Shown in pieces: positions 55,460 through 64,000 of a DNA stretch of 64,000 bases (positions within the stretch are counted from its first letter, which is position 1; each line of letters begins with the position of its first letter). Source of the DNA: the human T2T-CHM13v2.0 reference genome, Homo sapiens. The notes below the pieces were generated by a model, which saw only the letters and a program-made list of their open reading frames with translations, was not told the DNA's origin and did no database searches. Both the position numbers and the translations under genes were made by a program. Location: NCBI RefSeq assembly GCF_009914755.1, contig NC_060932.1, one strand, 5' to 3'.

Positions 55460-58287
55460 TCATAGATTAAGTTAAGATGTTGTAATTGGATGGATAAATA
55501 CACAAGAAAATCACAATAATAATAATTGGATGGGTGAAATAATGTCTATGACACTGCAGGAATAGACTCTTGGCAGGGCCTGCTGAAACTGATGACCTCC
55601 CCAGCCACAAAGTCTCAGCAAGACCGTGGGCTGCTTTCCGGACTTCATTTGTCCCCTGAGCACCTATCAGAGCCCCCACTACACCCACGTGGAAAAACAA
55701 GCCATAGGCACAAACCTCCTGGAGGCCTCCACTGTGGGGAGAATCCTGATGATGTGCCTCTTGTACCTGGACCACAACTTGATCCAAAGGACCACCATCC
55801 CCACGGGGGGGTCCTTTGGCAAGCCTGCAGCCCTGTCTTCATCTGGAACATCCCAGGCCAATCCCTGCTTTATCCAGATATTCCCTGAGTTTCCTGTCCT
55901 TGTTATTTAAAAAAAATGCACATCTTCCACAGTCTTCTGCCATCTTCCTGACACATCATGGTTCTGTGGCAATGACCACATGATACCTGCATCCTCCAGG
56001 TCTCTGGGAGTCTATGGGTCCCTTTGGGTCCCCTATGGGTCCACTGGGGAAAGAAGAGAGAAGATTCAATATGCAACACTAGAGCAAGCTACATCGATTT
56101 CATGTGTAAAGAAAATTAACCTCTTATGAGAATAAAAAGTGACTCAATTTAAGAAAGCCATTTCAAGCCTTCAGACAAGTTCGCTCGGAACAAAATTCTT
56201 CTGCATTGCCACAGAATCTGCAGCAGAGGCTGATGAACTCCTGGGGGTGAGACTGGAGGAAGGAAGAAGCATTGGCTGGGAGAGAATGAGGAGGAGAGGG
56301 GCCAGAGACATCCGGATAGCTTCCAAATGTTTGAGTCTTGGAGTCTGTTAGAAAAAAATGAAAAGGAAAGAAAGAAAAAGAAAGCCAATAATTAACCATA
56401 AAAACGAGCCAGTAGCCACCAAGGAGAAAACAAAGTTTGCCAAAAGAGCCGGCTGAATAGATTGTATATATCTGCTTGTCACCAGCTTTTGGGAGCAGGA
56501 GTGGTGACACAGTGCAGCCTGGAACTGCAAAGCGTGTCCCCACCAAAAGGAGAACTGACTGCCAGCAGCTTCTCATGTCCTCTTTGCCAAGAACATTGTC
56601 AAGGTCAGGGCTCAGCAATCTTTCCCACTTAAAAAATTTTAGTATACCATGTTTTTGCCAAGCCAGCATCTCTTTCCATGAAAACCCAAAAGAATGAAGT
56701 TGGCAGCACAAAACCCTGGGCCTGGACTGGCCCACCAGCCGCTAGTTTGGGTTTTTGTTAGAGAAACAATTAGTGACTTTTATGCTTGGACCTGGAGAAT
56801 CCTCAACACATTTGTTTAGGCTAACAAGCTGCACACATCAGCAGTGTGCATGCTGGAGTGAGACTAGCCTGGAGCAGATGCATGGGAACCAGTCCTCCCA
56901 CCCACACAGAAGGAAGGCCAGGTTGTGGGTATTTACTACTTACCAGCCCACAACTGCCCTGCACCCACCTAGTGCAGAAAGCGGTAGAGTTTGGTGGCTG
57001 AGACCAGGCGCTGGATTCATGCATTCTGCAAATAGCTATGCAGCCCCAGTGTGTGTCAGAGGCTGCACTAAGCCATGAGATTCCAGTGGGAAACAATATA
57101 TGCATGGCTTCATCCCAGTGAGTTAGGGAGACAAACACTTAAAACCAATCACAAGGCTGTACTCAAGGGTTGCACGCTGCCGTGAGTGTTAGAAAGGACA
57201 CACCTACAAGAGCTGCAAGGGACTTGCACATGAAAGAAGGCGAGCTACTGAGTGAGGAAAGGAGGGAGGAGGGAAACTGTCCAAGGGTAGGTGCTACCAC
57301 CCCTCTGCAGAGCCTTGGAAGCTTCCTTTGCTCCTGGAACAAGAACAAGAACAGCATGTGCGTCCCATGGTGTGGCCCCAAGCTTCGGGCATGGCAGTAC
57401 ATGGACACTGAGCACCTGCCTTCTGAGAGTGCCAGGGGTGGGTTAGCACCAGGAAGTGCCCTTCCAACTCCAAGATCTGATGCATCAGTACACAAAGATG
57501 TTTATTCACTTTGCATACTTAACAGGCAAATCACTCTCAGCTATAAGATGCACTGAACTCTTTAAAGAAAACAAAACCAAAATTAAAAAAAAAAAAAACC
57601 CTTGAGAATAAAATGCTGTTTATTTCCCTCTATCATTATGGTAAGTCATGTAGAATGGCAGGAAGCTTGAAATGGTAACCTAGAAGCAGCCCAGGACAAT
57701 GAGACAGGGCATGGGCCTGGGCTTGATTTGGCCACTGGGTCTCCTGGTACCTCGGCAAGTCCCTTTGCCCTGCAGAGCCTCAGCTTCCTCTCCAAGCAAA
57801 GACAGCCGAAGGGAGTGTTCTCAGGGCCTCTGTGTGGTACTTCTCAGGCTTCTCTTTCTGAGATACGGTTTCCTCCTCAGTAAAATGGAGATAGGCCCCA
57901 TGCCTTGCTCCCGGGGCTGTTGTGGGGATTAAGTCCAGGGACCCATCATGCCCCGTGACAGTACAGTTAATGCCAATAATGAAGGTGAGCTGAGAGCAGT
58001 GCTGCGACCCCACGCCAAGGACCTTCGAGATGGCAGGAGTGTGAGGCGTACAGGAACACACCTGGAGTGGGTGAACGCCCGTTCCTACAGGGCCAGCCCT
58101 GCCCAGGAGCCTGCTCCTTGTTCTTCAGTGCCCAACATAATAGAGGGAGTAAAAATCAGCCCTGTGCATGGCAAAGTAAATCAAGTGTAGTTTATCATAA
58201 GGGTAAAATGCAGACATATATATGTAGAGGCACCTAAACCAAAATAATAATAAAGGACATGATATAAAAACAAGAAAAGAAAAAACA

Positions 58288-58620
<333 letters not shown>

Positions 58621-58985
58621 ATGCACACAAGTACCCAGCATTTTTTCTCAGAAATTCAAGTTGGAATGCTATCCTCTGGCTAAAACATGAACTGGACAGC
58701 CCTCCAGACTCTAGCACACCCTTCACCAAGGCCCGTCTGCTCCTGGCTCTTGCATGGGGTGATTTCTACTTTTTTATAAGCCCGCTCTCTGTACACACTA
58801 TAAATTCCTCCTCCTGGAAGCCCTCCTTGGTTCTCCCAGGCAGAGGGTATTACTTGCTTCTTTCCCCAGGGCACTTTGCTCCTATCTGTCTTACAAAAAT
58901 TGACTATGATTACTTGTTGGTACTTCTGTTCAATGTGCTAGAACTTTGCAGAGGTGTGCTGAATAAACACTTAATAAATACTATT

Positions 58986-59455
58986 TGTTATGGGTTGGGT
59001 TGTGTCCCCACAAATCTTTATGTTGAATCCTAACCCCCAGGACCTCAGCATGTGACCTCATTTGGAATAGATATAATTAAATTAAGACAAAGTCACTAAG
59101 GTGAGCCCTAATCCAGTATGACCAGTGTCCTTATAAAAAGGGCAACTCAAACACAGCTACACTCATGGGAAGAAGCCCATGTGAAGATGAAGACAGAGAT
59201 CAGGGCACTAGACCTCTACAAGCCAAGGAACATCAAAGATGTTCAGCAAACCACCAGCAGCTAATGTGTGCTGCTCATTAGCCTAAACAGGAGACGCATG
59301 GAACAGAGTCAGCCCCGGAGCCTCAGAAGGACCCAACCCTACCCACACCTTGATTGCTGGCATCCAGCCTCCAGCACTGGGAGGCAATACGCTTCTGTGG
59401 TTTAAGCTATGCAGTTTATGGTACTTTGTTATGACAGCCCCAGTAAACCAATACA
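58986..59455 (+). mobile_element. MaLR solo LTR (MLT1B/C-like)
   Basis: TGTTATGGGTTG...GTACTTTGTTATGACAGCCC...AATACA. Confidence 0.8.
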
Positions 59456-59898
59456 CTTAATAAGCAAACTGGATCAGTATGGGAGTCTTAAGGGCTCTTT
59501 TTTTCCAACTCACAAATGAAAAAAGATAAATTCTGAAAGATTTTTTTAAGACTTTCAGGCTCTATCCATGCAATAATTTTTGCTCTAAATATTTAGGGAA
59601 ACACTTGTGCATGGCAAATGTGCCATTTGCATAAGTACATATTTTTATAAGAGCATGAATACTGTTTGCACAAGAATGCATCCGTACCTCCACAGTATGC
59701 ATGAGGCATCTCAGAACAGGAAGAACAAGGACCCAGGAGCCAAATGACTCAGGCTGGTTCTGCAAAGATGTCCCTGAGAGCTTACTGGTTGTCACTGGGG
59801 CACTTCCACCTGGGTCTCCATGTAGTTTCTCCACGTGGCATGGTGCCCCCAGTATAGAGCTCTACTCTAAGAGAGAGGTACTGCAGGGCCTCTTATGA

Positions 59899-60262
<364 letters not shown>

Positions 60263-60750
60263 TCCTCCACTATATTCTAATAGTCAATGTGGTGGAGATG
60301 ATAGCCCAGATTCAACAGTCTGCCCTGCCTGAGAAGACCCAGCCTCAGCTTCCAAAAATGGAAGGTGTTGATTGATTGTGGCCATTTCAGAGAATATCTG
60401 ACACACACTGTCATCCTGTTTCCTTCCCTGTTGATAGGGGAAACTTTGAGAATTAAATAAATTAACAAAAAGGAAGGTCATTACTAAGTATTGGTAAAGA
60501 CACTGTCGTACTTTCTCCTCTGGTGTCTCTTTCTCCTCAGTGTCATTTGTGCTTTCTCCACGTCCCTCTGGCTTAGTGATTGCTTCTCCTCCCTCCTCTA
60601 AATGCTTGCAGGAAGAGACTATCCACTTCTGCAGATGAAGAATCAGTTCCACAGAGCTGCTTTCTCAGACTGTGTCTCCTTCCCCAACTCCTGCTAAAGT
60701 TCCAACTCACCTGTCCAAAGGCTAGATGTTCTGAGGCCTCCACACCTGCG

Positions 60751-60914
60751 TCTCACCATCCCACCACACTACATCCCACCATCCCACCACAACATTTCAC
60801 TATCCCACCACACCTACATCTCCCCATCTCACCACAGCTACATCTCACCATCCCAACACACCTACATCTCACCATCCCACCACACCTATGTCTCACTGTC
60901 CCACCACATCTCTG
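60751..60914. repeat. Minisatellite, about 7 copies of a roughly 24-bp unit
   Basis: Unit consensus TCTCACCATCCCACCACACCTACA. Confidence 0.88.
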
Positions 60915-62959
60915 TCTCCTGGGGTCTTTCTGTTTCACCTACTTCTCACCAATGACTCCATCCTTTCTTTATCACTCCCACCGTCACCTCCCTGTGAAAT
61001 CTCCCTATCTCTCTTCTGGGTGTGTGCAGCACCTTTCAAATCTATCTTTCACCTTAATCCCAGAATGATCTTTCAGAAGTAAAATCTGATGAGTCTTACA
61101 CCTCTGTTTAAAATCTTTGGATGGCTAGCCATTGCCTAGAAGATACCATCCGAGCTTGACATATTTAGGAACATCTGAGCTCTTCCCAACTCACCAGTAT
61201 CTCTGTCCTCATTCTTGATTACTCTCTTTTCAAAGATTCAGCTTCGAGGAGCTAGCATGGCTCCAGAACCTCAGGCCTCACCTCCATGTAAGATGGACCA
61301 CTCCTAATTACACAACATTAATACATATCAATTTCCACTGCCACATTCTCAGCCTTATGTCAACAGAGGCCATGATGTTGCTCACATTTGTATCCTCAAG
61401 GTGTACAACAGTACCTCTTGCATAGCAATCACCCAACAAATATTAATTAAATGAGGAAAGGAAATCAATTCTTTGTTCCTGGGCCCTGAAAGAGGAGGAA
61501 AGTAATATCTTTTGGAAAAGGATCAGGAACAGAAAAGATCATATCTATTTTATGACGGTCTCTATAAACTCTAACTTATGTTTCAATAAAATTCAACACA
61601 AATAATAGCACTTTATTAATCCTGTGCAAGGCAATTAGTAATTTTACCATATTTGGCCTAGGAATAGTCAAGGTCCCACTGCTGCTTCCTGACTTAGTAC
61701 CATATGGTCCTTGATTAAGGTAAGATAAATAAACCTCCCCCAACACACCAGGTATTCCAGACCATAATTACTGAGGCACTTTGCAAAGAGTATCAGGATT
61801 TTCAGTTTGCTGGGGCATTTAGTCCTTTGATAGTGCTTAGTGTTTCTCAGTCCCAACATCTGCTACTTCCAAAAGACACTGACGTTCTTTGGGATTCGTC
61901 TGTGAACTAAGACAACCTAGTTTATCATGTACAAACAACCAAGAGCAGCTTGGTCTTTTAAACCTGAAGCACTGGCTGAATTCACTCTGTTCAAGTCAAC
62001 CTCAGAGTTGACTTTAATTTAGATTGTGCAGAGACCATGTATTGACCAACTAAGTGTTCCCTTAGGTATGACTCACCCAGGTGACATTATTTAAATTTGG
62101 AGCTGCCTACAGCTGATTATGATGAATTGAACTGAGCGTATGAAACAGGAAAAAAAAATGAGAATGTAAAAGCAAATCAAAGGTGCTTCTTAGGAAAGGC
62201 AGGAGCATGGATTCTACAAATGAGTATTTAGGCACAGAATGGATAGTTATTTAATTCCAAGACTTCACGTTGGCTTGCCAAAGACAGTCAGCGAGTGGAA
62301 CATGCAGCTCCTCAGTCTTGGTGTGACTCAACAGCAGCTAGATTGACCAGAAGGCTGTCATGTTCAGACCAAAGAATCAATCACAGTCACACAGCGATTC
62401 TTTAAAGACCTGCACATGCCTCTAGTCATATAAAAAAGGAAAAAGAAAAAGAAAATAAAGTTGAAAGAGCTTATCCGAAAATTGTGTTTGGAGAGCATAT
62501 TTTTTAAATGAAAAAGGCCCATCCTATTCCAAGTTCTGAGGACCTGGACTACACACAGTAACCAGCTGATAAAACAGCTCCGCATCATGGAGGTGAGCAG
62601 GACGGCGTGGGGGTGGATCCTGGCTCAGTGGAGCACCCCCATACGGTCAGGGCATGAGGCTGAAGTAGCCACGTGTGCAAAGACCCAACTGGTGGAAACC
62701 CCACTGAGGCAAGTGTGGGAGGGCTTGAGTGAAGTGGTGGCTGGCACTGAAGGTCAGCAGAGCCCCCAGTAGAAAGGAGCTGGGTTTAGAGGATTTCTTC
62801 TGTCCAGCAGGCTGCTAGCTGTGGCTGTGCTGTGGGAAAGAGCAGCAAGCCAGCCCTGCTTCGGGGGAAGCAGCCAGACCCAGGCTGGGCTCGGGAGAGT
62901 CTTAGAAGGAGGCTGGGAATCGTGGTGTGCTGGGGAGTGTGGAGTCCCTTGGATGGCTG

Positions 62960-63560
62960 AACCAATTTGCTAACTTCAATCAAATGGCACCTCTTGATGA
63001 TGCCTTCCAAAATAAAATCCTCATCCCTGGCTACTTCCCTGAATTTCAGACTCACAGGCACAAATGCCAGCTCCACGTTCCCACTGGGATGTCTCATCCT
63101 CACATACACCATGACATGTCTAAAAGAGAACACTGGGTTTCCCGCCCCACCTCCCACTGCTCCAACCCCAGCTTCCCATTCCAGTGAATGGCTTCACCTC
63201 CACCCAAGTGCTGTGCTGAGAGGCACCCTTGGTTCCTCTCTTCCCCTCTCCCACCCCCAAGCATCCAGTAGCAAGTGCCGTCTGCTCCACCTGCACCATG
63301 TACCTCAAATCTGCCCACCTTTCTCTACTCTCTGCCACTGTCATGGGGATCCAAGCCACCGTCATCTCTGGAAGGGACTGACCACCACCGTAGCCTCTTA
63401 ACCTCCCTTGCTTCTACCTCTGCCTCCCAATCTGTCCTTGAATAGAAAATCAAAGCAATATAATTTGCATTTTTACAAATGCAAATCAGGCCCCACATCT
63501 CTCCCCTGCCACAACCCACCACTAGCTCTCTTGGGCCAAGAGAACAAAATCCCACAGCCC
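62960..63560. mobile_element. L2 LINE relic
   Basis: L2 phrases (CCCACTGGGATGTCTCA, CCAAGCCACCGTCATCTC, TACAAATGCAAATCAGG). Confidence 0.65.
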
Positions 63561-63711
63561 ACAAGGCACCTGCTGACCTGCCAGACTTGGCCCCCAACGT
63601 CCCACCTTCCTCTGCCCCCAGGCTGTGCTGAACAGCCTGTCCCACCCACGCCTGCCCCAAAGCCCAAGGTCTAAATACATGTGCCATGTTTCTGGAATGG
63701 TCTCCTAGATC

Positions 63712-63840
63712 TAGGGTTCTCAAACCAGCAGCAGCAACACCTCCTGGGAGCCTGTCGACAACGCAACACGCTGAGGCCCCACCCCAGACCTACTGAGTCA
63801 GAAACTGCGCAGTGAGCCCAGTCATCTCACAACACCCTCT
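63712..63840. mobile_element. MER5A-like hAT MITE fragment
   Basis: GGTTCTCAAAC...GGCCCCACCCCAGACCTACTGAGTCAGAAACT. Confidence 0.6.
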
Positions 63841-63914
63841 GTGCAACATGGTCCCAGGTGAGCACAGGCTAGCTCCTCCTAGAGAGAGGCCTCACTGGCC
63901 ATGCTGTCTTTACC

Positions 63915-64000
63915 TTGTCCCTCCTCTCTCTCTCTACTTCCCTCTCTCTGCCTCTCTACCTTCCTCTCTGTCTCTTGTCTCTCTCTCTCTCCCCTGTCCT
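63915..64000. repeat. CT-rich low-complexity tract
   Basis: Imperfect (CT)n. Confidence 0.85.

Noticed and set aside
56163-56735. 190-aa minus-strand ORF and neighbouring ORFs at 55-58 kb and 62-64 kb
   Set aside because: No recognisable domains or exon structure; overlapping ORFs on both strands are consistent with chance or repeat origin.
60580-61068. 162-aa His/Pro-rich ORF
   Set aside because: It arises from an in-frame 24-bp minisatellite and has a non-ATG start and no domain features.

Overview
Repeat-dominated primate (human-like) genomic DNA with no recognisable intact host gene, RNA gene or CRISPR array. It holds four endogenous retroviral proviruses within about 50 kb. Two are HERV9/LTR12 copies in inverted, divergent orientation (1-3647 minus, cut by the window edge; 19768-29624 plus, full length with a CTAG target-site duplication). 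The third is a MER65-like ERV1 provirus (30178-37774) and the fourth is HERV-S/HERVL18 with LTR18 LTRs (43245-49286). The plus-strand HERV9, an Alu and the MER65-like provirus are all nested in one MER21-type LTR. The rest is L1, Alu, L2, MIR and MaLR relics and simple repeats, with more unique, GC-richer sequence after about 54 kb. All viral genes are disrupted. The most notable observations are near-identical leader/gag tracts shared by the two otherwise diverged HERV9 copies (probable gene conversion), a 139-bp target-site duplication around an L1 insertion, two template-switch repair scars, and duplicated PBS and PPT priming sites in HERV-S. I found no supportable new protein-coding system. 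Subfamily names come from recalled consensus sequences and identity figures from comparison by eye; both need confirming by alignment.
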